64,000 nucleotides of DNA from an uncultured archaeon (GCA_964353745.1 CAYGWD010000001.1:3440-67439); one strand, 5' to 3'; counted from the stretch's first letter, positions 9,162 through 19,658 are shown. Notes: a model not told the origin generated them from the letters alone. Translations and numbers: made by a program.

Positions 9162-10206
9162 TTGCCGCGTTCTTGACTGTTTCATACAGTTCTTTTGCTT
9201 TCTTATTCTTCTCAAAATATTCTCTGATTGGTTCTAACAGTTCATCCAAAGCCTCTATGGTTTCCTTCTTCAAGTCCAAGGGATGCAACTCTCCCTCTCT
9301 GTAAGTCTTTTCTAGTTCTTCATAGCTTTGAATTTCTAAATCTGTTTTGTCCTTCCTCTTGATGACTCTTGATTTGAACTTTCTAAGAATTATATATTTC
9401 CAAATCTCCAGTATTGGGTTACCTTCAGCCTCCTTAGGTTGGCAGAAGGCACCGTTTATTTTACTTCCTATCTGCTCCTTGTTATCGTGAATGAACACAG
9501 CGCTGCCAGCAATAGACTTGCTCATCTTGGCTTCCGCGGGTCCCATTCTCTGGCCGCCCTGCAAACCTATCAACAGATGATGCATGGCAGCAATCCTTAT
9601 GCTGTTATCAATCTTTGGCGCGACCTCTCTCGTTAATATCATCGCTTTGCGTTGGTCCATCCCAAGCTGTAAAATATCTGCCTCTATGTAGAATGGATCA
9701 TAAGCCTGCATCATGGGATACAGAACCTGAGCAACATACTGCATCTCTCCCTCCTCTCTGCCCATTATTGTTCCAGCTCTTATGGCCCTCTGAATCGTTG
9801 TCAGCTTTGAGATGTTTATGACGTTCTTCCAGTATTCAGAATCTTTGGCTAAATCTGATGCCCACAGAACCTTGACTTTCTTTGTGTCAACGCCGCAAGC
9901 CTTGTAGCCCTCGATAAAATACTCTCCAGTCTTTCTTATCAAATCCAGATTTCCCCCCATCTTGTTGTTTATCCATGCATACCAGTCTGCCAGTAGAATT
10001 ATGAAATTAACGTTAGCCTCGAACAAGTCATTAATCTTAATTTCTCTTAAAACTCCAGATCCTATGTGCATAAGTCCTGATGTTTCGAATCCATCGTAAG
10101 CTGTTATTTTTGTTTTCGTCTCTAACAGCTTTCTCAAATCCTCTACGGTAACGACCTCTTCTATCGGTGCTCTTGTTATTAAGTTTATTCTGGTCTCTAT
10201 GTCCAT
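9151..10206 (-). CDS. tyrS: tyrosyl-tRNA synthetase, archaeal type (TrpRS not fully excluded)
   Basis: Class I HIGH-like GFETSGLMHIGSG and KMSKS. IILLADWYAW, GNPILEIWKY and ELHPLDLK track blocks of Methanocaldococcus TyrRS. Confidence 0.75.
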   Translation of the reverse strand: MDIETRINLITRAPIEEVVTVEDLRKLLETKTKITAYDGFETSGLMHIGSGVLREIKINDLFEANVNFIILLADWYAWINNKMGGNLDLIRKTGEYFIEGYKACGVDTKKVKVLWASDLAKDSEYWKNVINISKLTTIQRAIRAGTIMGREEGEMQYVAQVLYPMMQAYDPFYIEADILQLGMDQRKAMILTREVAPKIDNSIRIAAMHHLLIGLQGGQRMGPAEAKMSKSIAGSAVFIHDNKEQIGSKINGAFCQPKEAEGNPILEIWKYIILRKFKSRVIKRKDKTDLEIQSYEELEKTYREGELHPLDLKKETIEALDELLEPIREYFEKNKKAKELYETVKNAAITR

Positions 10207-10255
10207 GTTAATGCCTAATCATATTAACTGAAAAGAATATTTAAATTCTATAATG

Positions 10256-10951
10256 TTAACTAATTACCGTTCCGCAATGCTTTCCTTCCACAGCTCTTAT
10301 AATTTCTTCTGGATCGCTACCATTTATGAAAACTGTTTTTATCTTGGCTTTTTTTATTAATCTAGTTGCTTTCAAGTCGAAGAATCTGTACTCGCCTGGA
10401 ACCTGAAGGTTTTTCATCATTATCTTTTCAAATCCGTTGTAACTTAGTTCATCGAACTTCTTTGCATTAGGGTCTTTTTTCGGATCATCAGAGTATACTC
10501 CATCAACGTTGGTAGCATTTATCAGCAAATTAGCTTTTATAGCTTGAGCAAATAGAGCTGAGACGTAATCAGTCGAATTACCTGGATGGATGCCGCCACA
10601 AACCAGAATCTTCTTTCCAAAGCTCTTCTTTAAGTCGACAACATTCCTTATAGATTGTTTGTAGGCATCATTCCCCAAAGCGGCTATGAGAACAAAGGCA
10701 TTCAAATGAGTGCCTTCGATTCCTATCCAGTCTAACAAATCATTGCTTGGTTTAAATTTTTTTGCAATGTCCCTGTATTGTCTGCTGGTTTTTCCTCCTC
10801 CGCAAACGACAACTAGCCTATGCCCCGCTCTCTTTAATCTTTTCAGGACTTCTGCATATTTTTTAAAATTTTCAGAATCAAGCTCTTTAGTCAGCAGAGA
10901 CCCACCAAGAGAAATTACAATTCTCATAGTTATTTTATTATGAATATTCAT
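10256..10951 (-). CDS. pyrH: uridylate (UMP) kinase, archaeal
   Basis: Amino-acid-kinase fold. RIVISLGGSLL and VVVCGGGKTSRQY. About 230 aa, typical of archaeal PyrH. Confidence 0.7.
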   Translation of the reverse strand: MNIHNKITMRIVISLGGSLLTKELDSENFKKYAEVLKRLKRAGHRLVVVCGGGKTSRQYRDIAKKFKPSNDLLDWIGIEGTHLNAFVLIAALGNDAYKQSIRNVVDLKKSFGKKILVCGGIHPGNSTDYVSALFAQAIKANLLINATNVDGVYSDDPKKDPNAKKFDELSYNGFEKIMMKNLQVPGEYRFFDLKATRLIKKAKIKTVFINGSDPEEIIRAVEGKHCGTVIS

Positions 10952-11006
10952 ATATCAACTTGACGCAAAGTACTATTATAAATATTTTAAATTTTATTAA
11001 ATTCTC

Positions 11007-11660
11007 ATGGACAAGTTCGAGTGCTGGCTGCCAAGTTGGGATTACCTTTATAATTCTTGCAAGGAAGTAGTTAAAAAAATGAAAAAAGACGAATTCAAAC
11101 CAGATTTTGTAGTAGCACTTTCTAGAGGAGGTTTCGTACCTGCAAGGACTATTTGTGATATGCTTATAATAAAGGACTTGGTCTCCATAAAAGTTGACCA
11201 TTGGGGAATAACAGCTACCCCGGACGGAAAGGTAAATATAAGGTATCCGCTAAATGCTGATTTGAAAGGAAAAAGAGTTCTTCTTGTCGATGATATAACA
11301 GACACTGGAGAGAGTATGATTGCATCTAAAGGTTATATAAAAACTCTAAATCCTCAAGAGATAAAAACTGCTGCTGCTTTGCATATAAGAACATCAAAGT
11401 TAAAGCCTGACTATTACGGCGAGGAAATAGACTGGAAATGGGTTATATTTCCATGGAACTATACAGAAGATATGTGCAACATAGTGCCAAAAGTTCTTGA
11501 AAATAAAAAACCAAAAAGTTTAAAAGAAATAAGGTATGGGTTAAAGGAACATTTTAAAATAGATGTTTATGAAGGGGCTGTTCTTGAAATATTAGATGAG
11601 CTAAAGGAAAGAAATGTAGCGGCCTATGATGGCGGAGGCTGGTTAAAGGCTAAACCTTAG
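11007..11660 (+). CDS. purine phosphoribosyltransferase (HGPRT/XPRT-like)
   Basis: PRTase type I motif RVLLVDDITDTGESM. VVALSRGGFVPAR. Confidence 0.65.
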   Translation: MDKFECWLPSWDYLYNSCKEVVKKMKKDEFKPDFVVALSRGGFVPARTICDMLIIKDLVSIKVDHWGITATPDGKVNIRYPLNADLKGKRVLLVDDITDTGESMIASKGYIKTLNPQEIKTAAALHIRTSKLKPDYYGEEIDWKWVIFPWNYTEDMCNIVPKVLENKKPKSLKEIRYGLKEHFKIDVYEGAVLEILDELKERNVAAYDGGGWLKAKP

Positions 11661-12432
11661 CGTTCTTCAGAGCTTCTTTGCAAATGCATTTTCTATCTTC
11701 AGGAATATTATTGACAACTTCTTTTATTATATTATTTATCTTTTCCTGGCTTTCCTTCATTGTCTTAGCTATTTCATCAAATGAAACCGGTCTTTCAGAA
11801 AAAGAGTCATAGTCTGTGACAGTAGCTAATATGCCAAGGCAAATTTCTCTTTCCCTTGCCAAGATTGCTTCTGACACACCTGTCATTCCTATTATGTCCG
11901 CAAAATTCCTAAACATCTTGCTCTCTGCTCTCGTAGAAAATCTCGGACCTTCTATACAGACATAAGTTCCTTTGTCATGATATCTTATTCCCAAATCTTT
12001 ACACGTCATAATCAATGCTTTTCTTATCTCCGAACAAAACGGGTCTGCCAACGAAACGTGAGTCACATCACCGGTGTTGTAGAACGTGTTCATGCTCTTT
12101 CTCCAGTCTATGAACTGGTCTGGTATCACTATGTCCCCAGGCTTATAGTCCTCTTCCAAAGAACCGACGGCACAGCAAGAAATAATTCTCTTTACACCAA
12201 GATTTTCAAAACCTGTAATATTTGCTTTAAAGTTCAATTCGTGCGGAGGTATCTTATGACCTTGACCATGCCTTGACAGAAAAGCAATCTTCCTACCATT
12301 TATGTTGCCTGTATGGAAAACGTCGGATGGATTACCATAGACTGTCTTTATAGGAACCTTAAGTACATTGCTTATCATACTCGCATCATAAAGCCCTGAA
12401 CCGCCTATGATGCCTATTTCAACCTTCTCCAT
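11650..12432 (-). CDS. mtnP: 5'-methylthioadenosine / purine nucleoside phosphorylase
   Basis: IGIIGGSGLYD N-terminus. PNP/MTAP family length (260 aa). Conserved C-terminal region. Confidence 0.8.
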   Translation of the reverse strand: MEKVEIGIIGGSGLYDASMISNVLKVPIKTVYGNPSDVFHTGNINGRKIAFLSRHGQGHKIPPHELNFKANITGFENLGVKRIISCCAVGSLEEDYKPGDIVIPDQFIDWRKSMNTFYNTGDVTHVSLADPFCSEIRKALIMTCKDLGIRYHDKGTYVCIEGPRFSTRAESKMFRNFADIIGMTGVSEAILAREREICLGILATVTDYDSFSERPVSFDEIAKTMKESQEKINNIIKEVVNNIPEDRKCICKEALKNAKV

Positions 12433-12491
12433 AAATTTAATAATACATAAAAGGATATTAACTTATCTGGTAAAACATTGGTTAGAATAAC

Positions 12492-13736
12492 ATGAAAATA
12501 AAATGTCTGGGCGGTTTCAGGGAAGTTGGAAGAACCGCTGTTCTAGTGGAAGGTAAGGAAAATGTCCTGCTCGATTACGGAATGGAGGTAGAAACTGGCA
12601 AGCTGCCCAACCCTGTTAATAAGGTGGACATTGCTATTTTAGGCCATGCGCACCTCGACCACAGCGGTTATTGCCCTGTAATTTATAGAAAGTTCAAGCC
12701 GCCTATTTACTCGACTATCGCAACTTTTGAACTTGCCCATCTGCTCTTGAAAGACAGCATCAAAGTCGCGAAGTATAGGGGCCTTGTCAGACGCTTTGAA
12801 AAAAACGACATTGAGAAAATGAAGAATCATGAAGTGATAGTAACCTACGGCCAGAAGATCGAAGGAGATAATTTTTCTTTGGACATATTTGACGCTGGCC
12901 ATATACCTGGAAGCATGGCGCCTTTGTTGGAGATGGGAAACAAAAGAATACTTTATGCCTGCGACTTTAATACTAATCCGTCACGCCTGCTGAACGGGGC
13001 AAGCATAGACGCCAAGGATGTGGACGTCTTAATAATAGAGAGCACTTATTCTGAAAGGAACCATTCCCCGAGAAAGGAAACCGAGAAAAAGTTCTTTGAA
13101 GCTGTTGAAAGCACTATCGCCAATGAGGGAGTGGCGGTGATACCCTGTTTCGCTGTCGGAAGGGCAGCAGAGATACTAATGATATTGAAAAGTTTCAATC
13201 CAAAGTTTCCTGTTTATCTTGACGGCATGGCAAAGACTGCCTCTCAACTGGCAATGAAATACCCTGAATTTATCAGGGACCCCAAAGCCTTGAAAAAAGC
13301 CTTGAATATTTCTCGCCTCATATGGGATGAAAAGGATAGAAAGAAAGTGGTAAAAAAGCCTTGCGCTATTATTTCATCCAGTGGAATGCTGGAAGGAGGA
13401 CCGTCTGTCAGTTATATAAAATATTTGTATAATAACCCTGAGAGCTCTGTCATATTCACTGGGTTTTTGATTCCTAATACTGCTGGAAGGGCGCTGGTGG
13501 AGACTGGTAGGTTCGTCACGGAAGGGTTTGACTTGAAAATAAAGATGGGTATTCATCGATTTGATTTTTCTGCCCATGCAGGTCGTGATGATTTGTTTAA
13601 ATTTGTTGATGAGATCAATCCTCAGAAAGTTATTTGCTTGCATGGAGACAATTGCGAATGTTTTGCCAAAGAACTTGGAGAAAAAGGATTTGATGCGATC
13701 GCTCCAAAGAATGGGGATATAGTTGATATTGATTGA
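12492..13736 (+). CDS. beta-CASP metallo-beta-lactamase ribonuclease (aCPSF2 / RNase J-like)
   Basis: MBL motif HAHLDHSG, later D and H motifs, and a 414-aa size matching short archaeal CPSF homologues lacking KH domains. Confidence 0.75.
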   Translation: MKIKCLGGFREVGRTAVLVEGKENVLLDYGMEVETGKLPNPVNKVDIAILGHAHLDHSGYCPVIYRKFKPPIYSTIATFELAHLLLKDSIKVAKYRGLVRRFEKNDIEKMKNHEVIVTYGQKIEGDNFSLDIFDAGHIPGSMAPLLEMGNKRILYACDFNTNPSRLLNGASIDAKDVDVLIIESTYSERNHSPRKETEKKFFEAVESTIANEGVAVIPCFAVGRAAEILMILKSFNPKFPVYLDGMAKTASQLAMKYPEFIRDPKALKKALNISRLIWDEKDRKKVVKKPCAIISSSGMLEGGPSVSYIKYLYNNPESSVIFTGFLIPNTAGRALVETGRFVTEGFDLKIKMGIHRFDFSAHAGRDDLFKFVDEINPQKVICLHGDNCECFAKELGEKGFDAIAPKNGDIVDID

Positions 13737-13794
13737 CGGCTCTTATTTGGAAGAGTGGAATAAGGATAAATAATTCTTTCAATTAAAAGATTAT

Positions 13795-15054
13795 ATGAAC
13801 TTTGAAGAAGAATTTCAAACATATATTAAAAATTCTCCTAAAGTCAAGACAACTGTTCATTGGTGGGACCTATATAATGGGCATTATGTAGAATTGACTT
13901 CTGATATACAAAAGCAATTATTTCATGAAGCTATCAGCAAAAGTGGGTCTTACACTTCATTGGGCAAATCTCTAAATAAACCTAGAAAAATAATATCAAA
14001 TTGTTCAAAACTGATTCATAGACCGAATGTTTTATTACTGAAAAAATTATGCGATTATATTGATTTTTCTAGAAGTGAAATTGAAAGAAATATATTAAAT
14101 ATCGGCAAATCACATTTCAAACCAAATCTTCCATTTAAACTTCATAATGAAAGCGGCGTAGAGATAAGAGCTGCATTTCTTTCTGACGGTCATGTTCCTA
14201 AGAATCCGACTTCATGTCCTGTATATTCAGCATCAGAAATGGATCTTCAAGAAAGATTGATTGAACTTTGCAAGATTATATTTGGAGAATTTAACTGTGA
14301 AATAAAGTATGGGCATAAAGCATTAGAAACAAAATTCCCTGCTGTTATAGGCACCGCATTGGAACTTGGTGGCGTGCCTAGAGGAGATAAACGAATTGTC
14401 AATTGCTACGTACCTAAGGATATATTAACTGGAGAAGATAAATTAAAGCGGATATATCTAAGTAGAGTTTTCGACGATGAAGGAGATGTCTACTTTGATA
14501 AACATGGCAAAAGAGCTGTCAGATTAACTAGGACTGTTAGCATAAATAATTGTAAAGATACTTTTAAATTAAATCAAGGAAAATGGACACCATGCAATGT
14601 CTCTAATGCTCCAATAAGCAACTTGATAAGAGGCGAACAACTTCTCTTAAGAAGACTAAGAATTGATGCCAAAATCTACAATGAAGGCTTCTATAGATCT
14701 AGAAAAGATAAAATTACCACAAAATGGAGAATTCAAATCGGTCAGCAAGACAGTGTTAAAAGATTTGAATCAGAAATAGGCTTTGGTTTAGAAGCAAAAC
14801 GAGACAAGTTAAAGAAATTGGTAAATTCTTATGTAAAGAGAAAACTTCCTAACAATTGTGGGAAGAATCTTGTAATGGAAGTTGGTAGAAAATATTATCA
14901 GAGGAACGGGTTTTTTCGCTATAGAGATTTAAGCAAAGATTTTGTAAGCATGAAATTCTCCTCAAACTTCGCTGGAAGCCATTTGAAAAGCCTACTAAAT
15001 GAGGGTAAAATCAGAAAAATTGAACGTGGTAAATATGTTATTAATAGACGGTAG
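13795..15054 (+). CDS. hypothetical protein with two degenerate LAGLIDADG-like motifs and a C-terminal winged-helix-like tail
   Basis: Candidate motifs are AAFLSDGH (about aa 123) and LSRVFDDEGDV (about aa 212), roughly 90 aa apart. C-terminus is [20 protein letters not shown]. The ORF overlaps the rtcA start. Confidence 0.4.
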   Translation: MNFEEEFQTYIKNSPKVKTTVHWWDLYNGHYVELTSDIQKQLFHEAISKSGSYTSLGKSLNKPRKIISNCSKLIHRPNVLLLKKLCDYIDFSRSEIERNILNIGKSHFKPNLPFKLHNESGVEIRAAFLSDGHVPKNPTSCPVYSASEMDLQERLIELCKIIFGEFNCEIKYGHKALETKFPAVIGTALELGGVPRGDKRIVNCYVPKDILTGEDKLKRIYLSRVFDDEGDVYFDKHGKRAVRLTRTVSINNCKDTFKLNQGKWTPCNVSNAPISNLIRGEQLLLRRLRIDAKIYNEGFYRSRKDKITTKWRIQIGQQDSVKRFESEIGFGLEAKRDKLKKLVNSYVKRKLPNNCGKNLVMEVGRKYYQRNGFFRYRDLSKDFVSMKFSSNFAGSHLKSLLNEGKIRKIERGKYVINRR

Positions 15055-16033
15055 TTATGGCGAATCCGGAGGCCAAATATTGAGAACTTCTGTTGCTTTG
15101 TCAGCAATTACAGGAAAGCCTTGTAAAATTTTTAATATAAGAAAGAATAGAGAGAATCCTGGTTTGAAAGCTCAGCATCTTAAAGGAATAGAAGCCGCAG
15201 CTGAAATATGCAATGCCGAATTAAAGAATGCTAAGATAGGCAGTGACTGGATAGAATTCGTACCTAAGAAAATCAAAAGTGGTAATTTTTCTATAGATAT
15301 TAAAACTGCAGGCTCGTTAACATTGTTTCTCCAAACAATAATCCCTGTATGCATCCATGCCGATAAAGAAATTAATTTGGAAGTGATTGGCGGAACCGAT
15401 GTTGAATGGAGCCCTAACGTAGAATATTTCCAGGAAGTTTTTTGTAGAAATGTTGAAAAGATGGGTGTTGAAATAGAATCAGAAATATTAAAATACGGTT
15501 TCTATCCCAAAGGCGGAGGAAAAATCAAAGTTAGAATAAAACCATGCGATAAATTAAAGCCTTGGGTTTGTTTGGAAAGAGGTAAAGTAAATAGATATGA
15601 CATTAGAAGCATTGTCAGCAAATCTTTGGAAAGAGCTAAAGTAGCGGAAAGACAAATCGAGGGTGCAAAGAAAATAATACCCAAGTTTGATTGCGAACAT
15701 TCAGAGTATGTGGAAGCTCTATCGCCTGGAACAGCAGTTCATATACATGCTCATTGCGATAATTCGGTGTTAGGCTCTACGTTTTTAGGCAGAATTGGTA
15801 AACCTGCTGAAAAAATCGGCGAGGAATGTGCAAGATTCTTAATGAAACAGATAGAATCTAATGCATGCTTGGATGAGCACATGGCAGATCAAATCCTCCC
15901 TTATCTAGCATTAGCAGGCAAATCAAAAGTTTCTGTCGCTGAGATTACAAATCATTGCAGAACAAATATGTGGGTTATAGAAAAATTCTTACCAGTGAAG
16001 TTTGAAATAAATGATAGAATAATATCAGTTTAA
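15035..16033 (+). CDS. rtcA: RNA 3'-terminal phosphate cyclase
   Basis: Hallmark [27 protein letters not shown]. The ORF opens at 14999 but the internal Met at 15035 matches family N-termini. Confidence 0.85.
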   Translation: MLLIDGSYGESGGQILRTSVALSAITGKPCKIFNIRKNRENPGLKAQHLKGIEAAAEICNAELKNAKIGSDWIEFVPKKIKSGNFSIDIKTAGSLTLFLQTIIPVCIHADKEINLEVIGGTDVEWSPNVEYFQEVFCRNVEKMGVEIESEILKYGFYPKGGGKIKVRIKPCDKLKPWVCLERGKVNRYDIRSIVSKSLERAKVAERQIEGAKKIIPKFDCEHSEYVEALSPGTAVHIHAHCDNSVLGSTFLGRIGKPAEKIGEECARFLMKQIESNACLDEHMADQILPYLALAGKSKVSVAEITNHCRTNMWVIEKFLPVKFEINDRIISV

Positions 16034-16641
16034 CTGCAAGCTCTTGTTTTCTTGGTTGTCTGAGAGCATCCGCTTGGGCTGCATTTCCTTGACCAATAGC
16101 AGGTTGTGCAGGTACCATCACTCTCACAGTTTGTTACCCACGAACCACAAGTGCAGACAGGTTGATTGTTGAAAGAACCATTGCTAACAGTACAGGTTAT
16201 GGGAAATGATGACTGATCGCCTAATTTTGCATCTTTGATTTCTAAATAGCAACTGCCAACGCTTTTTACTTTGAACGTTAAAGTTGCTATTGAAGAACTT
16301 CCTGTGAAACCGTTGTAAGGACTCTTTGCAGAGTATGCAGCCTCATAATAGCTATTAATATTATCTATCCATTTCATTGAATCAAACCATAAGTTTTTTG
16401 TATTCACCTTTGCACTAACCAAATTTAGTAAACTATTATTCCAATAAAGTTTAAAATCGAAACCATAGAGGTTAATTACGTTATCAACCTTTACATCAAC
16501 AGTGAAGTTGCTGCTTGGCGTAAGATTCGAATTAACAACGCTAGAAGGATTCACATAAATCGTTGCAGCAAAGGCCGTGTTAGCAAAAAGGGTAGACAGG
16601 AGAATTGAGATTAAAAATATTTTTGATTTCATCATGTGCAC
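16030..16641 (-). CDS. secreted cohesin-like domain protein with Cys-rich C-terminal tail
   Basis: Signal peptide with AFA cleavage-like site. Beta-sandwich pattern FTVDVKVDNV...ATLTFKVKSVGSCYLEIKDAKLGD...VSNGSF typical of type-I cohesins. C-terminal tail has 11 Cys. Confidence 0.55.
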   Translation of the reverse strand: MHMMKSKIFLISILLSTLFANTAFAATIYVNPSSVVNSNLTPSSNFTVDVKVDNVINLYGFDFKLYWNNSLLNLVSAKVNTKNLWFDSMKWIDNINSYYEAAYSAKSPYNGFTGSSSIATLTFKVKSVGSCYLEIKDAKLGDQSSFPITCTVSNGSFNNQPVCTCGSWVTNCESDGTCTTCYWSRKCSPSGCSQTTKKTRACS

Positions 16642-19600
16642 CTCTTGTTGAAGTTGTTAGACAATATTATGGCATCTAAAATATTTACTATTCCATCACC
16701 ATTTATATCGCCAGTTGAAGTCTTTTTGTTGAAGTTGTTAGACAATGTTATGGCATCTAAAATATTTACTATGCCATCACAATTTATATCGCCTAGACAG
16801 TTACAAGGCTTGGTGACTATGACTCTTACGCTCGCTGGGTCTACTCTTGATAGTGCATCTGTCCACCAATCATTGCCTGTGTTGCCATTGTTGCCTGCAT
16901 CCTGACCTAAATCCCTCTCGTGTATCCAGAACATTATTCTTTGATTTCCTGTTGTTGACCTATAAAATGAAGCTGGAGCTTGACAACTCACAACAATAGT
17001 TTCTCCCATATCTAATATACCATTTGGAAAGTCTTCACTCGCTACTGTACAACTAACTCCTGTTGGGCATTGACTTGGAGGTGCATGAACGCAACCATCG
17101 CTTCCACTGCCTCCGTCGTAAAAAGCATTTATTCTTCCTTTATTATCTCTTGTTCCCAACGGATTGTTATAATCTGAAACATTCCAAAATTCAACACCTA
17201 CATACCAATTATTTTGTGCATGCCATCCAGTATTAAGTATAGAAACGTTAACAACTATAAATGAAGTGTCCCAAATAGAAACATCACCACTAGTAACTCC
17301 ATTTACATTTACATCATTTATATAAGAATCATAAGTAACATCACATTGACATAGTCCTCCACAATGATAATCTCTCATTTGATTTGCACTATTGTATGCT
17401 TGAAGGAAAGGTGCCCGACAAGCTACTGCATAATTAGGCACTGCTGCAGTGTCAGGATAACCTCCGTCATAGCTTTCACATGTTTCTTTTCCACTAGCTC
17501 TTATTGCTAATATATTATTTATTGCATTTGCTCCATTAACTCTTCCGTGGCCTTCAATGCTAGTTCCATAACCGGCAGGTTCTGCACCTTCTATTAAAGC
17601 TTTTCTTATGTCACAAACACTTGCAGTAGGATATGCCTGGAACATTAACGCAACAGTTCCTGAAACATGAGGAGTTGCCATACTAGTTCCACTTTGTGCA
17701 TGGTATTTATCATTTCCACAAATATCAAACCAAGTTGCCTCTCTTCCTTGAGAAGATCTTGCAGCACAAATAAATTCTCCAGGAGCAGTTACATCAGGCT
17801 TTATAGTACCTTGAGGTGCTGGTCCTCTACTGCTGGAAAAGGATACAAAGTCTTTTGTTCCTGGAGTATTTTTTATGAAGATATTTCGATAAGTTTCACT
17901 GTCTTGAGTCCAAGTTCCAGTGCAACCGGTAGTATCTGGAGTTCCACATCTATAAGGCCATCCTATTCTATCTTCAATGTTACAATCTTTTGGTGCCCCA
18001 TTACATCCTACCCAAGCATAGCAATGTTGGATTTCATGGCCCCAACAACCGCTACACTCGCTTTGTGGTTTGTCCGGATAACAAGTCGTTGGACCGATTC
18101 CATCGTAAAATAATCCGCAACCACACCAACTACAACCTAACTGATTTTCACATCCGTTTCTATTAAGAGGATCAAAATCGTTACAAACTTTAGGAGTACC
18201 TGAACATGAAAAAGTATTCGTGCGTGAGTTGTACCATGGTTCAGGATCACCAGGACAACAACCCCAACCGCCTTCGTTCTGATGAGAACGCAATAAAATT
18301 TCAAAACCTACATATGGTCCTGCAGCGAAATTTTGAGAAGCTAAATTCCAAAAACCATCACCATTACCTCTACCATTTGGATCCCACCAAACATCTGTTG
18401 CAGAATAACAAGGTCTGTCTTTGTGTTCACTTTCTAAATTAAAATTAATGTTAGCAGGCCATGAGCTTGGTTGTAATGTTAAATGAACACCTGTTTCCTC
18501 AGTTAAAGGAAAATCGTCTATGCTATCCAAATCTGTTATAATAGCGCCTGCATTATTGGTAAATTGACTTACAACTTCAGAATTAACATTTATATTTAAT
18601 TTATTTCTATAAGGAATTTTATCATTTAAAAACATTAATGAATTATAAACATTGTTTGGAAAATCTTTTTTTACTGTTGAACCTACTGCAATAACTCCAT
18701 CTATACATGCAGGATATAGTGTAGCAACTGCTGGGCCATCATTTCCTTGAGCAGCTACAAACACTACTCCATGACCTAGAGCACTAATGATAGCATTGTA
18801 CCTTCTTAGATCATCTCCAAACAAATTTAAACCTCTACATATATTTGCATCTGAAGGTCTACCAGAACTGTAGCTAATCACGTTAACATGCTGTGCTATT
18901 GCTTGCTCTATAGCATCTGCAATCCAAAGTGAATTTGTTGTACCATCGTCCTTATAAACCTTCCAAATATACAAATCAGCTTTTGGAGCAACTCCTTTGT
19001 ATTTTCCGCCAGACTCAGAACCGTTACCTGCAGCTATTCCTGCACAATGTGTTCCATGAGCGCTTTTATCTGTATATGAAGTATGTCTGTCGGTTGTTGT
19101 GTCGTTCCAAAATTTAATTCTTCCTGCAAAATCTTTATGATTGTCTATACCTGTGTCTATCATTGCTATTCTTACACCTTCGCCAGTTAAATCACTCCCT
19201 AAATAATTATAAGGTAATCCCATAGAACTTACAGAATCGTTTAAAGCAGGTTTATCCATTACCACATCTCTAACATAAAATCCAAGTCCTCTTAAAGTTT
19301 TTGTTAAACTTTCATAGTTTTCATTTGGTACTTCAATAAGAGATGTAGCATAATCAGGATCATTAACGTAAACTGATGCATTATATTCTTTTACAATTTC
19401 GTCTAAAGGTAAGCTTGAAATTTCTTCATATTCTACACTTAATGATTTTGAAAGAGTTTGCGATAAAACTTTTGGTGATGAATAAACACTATTCCATTTT
19501 TCAGGTTTGAAAAGAAATTGTGAATAATTTTCCAATGGTGGCAATATTTCTATATAAGAATTATTTGTTTCTATTTTTTCTGCCCCTAACATTGAAAAAG

Positions 19601-19658
19601 CTGGAGAGATAAATAAAGGTAACAAAAATATTATTAAAAAAATAATTTTTATTTCCAT
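16632..19658 (-). CDS. S8 subtilisin-like serine protease with large Cys-rich insertion and C-terminal tandem dockerin
   Basis: Signal peptide. Catalytic motifs D (IAMIDTGID), H (HGTHCAG), N (AAQGNDGP) and S (GTSMATPHVSG). About 280 aa inserted between the N and S motifs. C-terminus is DINCDGIVNILDAITLSNNF...DINGDGIVNILDAIILSNNF. Confidence 0.85.
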   Translation of the reverse strand: MEIKIIFLIIFLLPLFISPAFSMLGAEKIETNNSYIEILPPLENYSQFLFKPEKWNSVYSSPKVLSQTLSKSLSVEYEEISSLPLDEIVKEYNASVYVNDPDYATSLIEVPNENYESLTKTLRGLGFYVRDVVMDKPALNDSVSSMGLPYNYLGSDLTGEGVRIAMIDTGIDNHKDFAGRIKFWNDTTTDRHTSYTDKSAHGTHCAGIAAGNGSESGGKYKGVAPKADLYIWKVYKDDGTTNSLWIADAIEQAIAQHVNVISYSSGRPSDANICRGLNLFGDDLRRYNAIISALGHGVVFVAAQGNDGPAVATLYPACIDGVIAVGSTVKKDFPNNVYNSLMFLNDKIPYRNKLNINVNSEVVSQFTNNAGAIITDLDSIDDFPLTEETGVHLTLQPSSWPANINFNLESEHKDRPCYSATDVWWDPNGRGNGDGFWNLASQNFAAGPYVGFEILLRSHQNEGGWGCCPGDPEPWYNSRTNTFSCSGTPKVCNDFDPLNRNGCENQLGCSWCGCGLFYDGIGPTTCYPDKPQSECSGCWGHEIQHCYAWVGCNGAPKDCNIEDRIGWPYRCGTPDTTGCTGTWTQDSETYRNIFIKNTPGTKDFVSFSSSRGPAPQGTIKPDVTAPGEFICAARSSQGREATWFDICGNDKYHAQSGTSMATPHVSGTVALMFQAYPTASVCDIRKALIEGAEPAGYGTSIEGHGRVNGANAINNILAIRASGKETCESYDGGYPDTAAVPNYAVACRAPFLQAYNSANQMRDYHCGGLCQCDVTYDSYINDVNVNGVTSGDVSIWDTSFIVVNVSILNTGWHAQNNWYVGVEFWNVSDYNNPLGTRDNKGRINAFYDGGSGSDGCVHAPPSQCPTGVSCTVASEDFPNGILDMGETIVVSCQAPASFYRSTTGNQRIMFWIHERDLGQDAGNNGNTGNDWWTDALSRVDPASVRVIVTKPCNCLGDINCDGIVNILDAITLSNNFNKKTSTGDINGDGIVNILDAIILSNNFNKRCT
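16635..16800 (-). other. dockerin type-I duplicated Ca-binding segments (domain of the S8 protease)
   Basis: Two 69-nt DNA copies, about 95 percent identical, at an 81-nt period, encoding DINxDGIVNILDAIxLSNNFNK twice. Confidence 0.75.

Noticed and set aside
14999-15034. First 12 codons of the rtcA ORF as called in the ORF track
   Set aside because: RtcA family proteins begin close to the (M)LxIDGS motif. The internal Met at 15035 is the more likely start, which leaves a short overlap with the upstream gene.
16636-16905. Tandem 69-nt direct repeat (about 95 percent identical, 81-nt period) and a plus-strand 89-aa ORF
   Set aside because: The repeat is the coding sequence of the two dockerin segments at the C-terminus of the minus-strand S8 protease. 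The plus-strand ORF is antisense to it and spurious.
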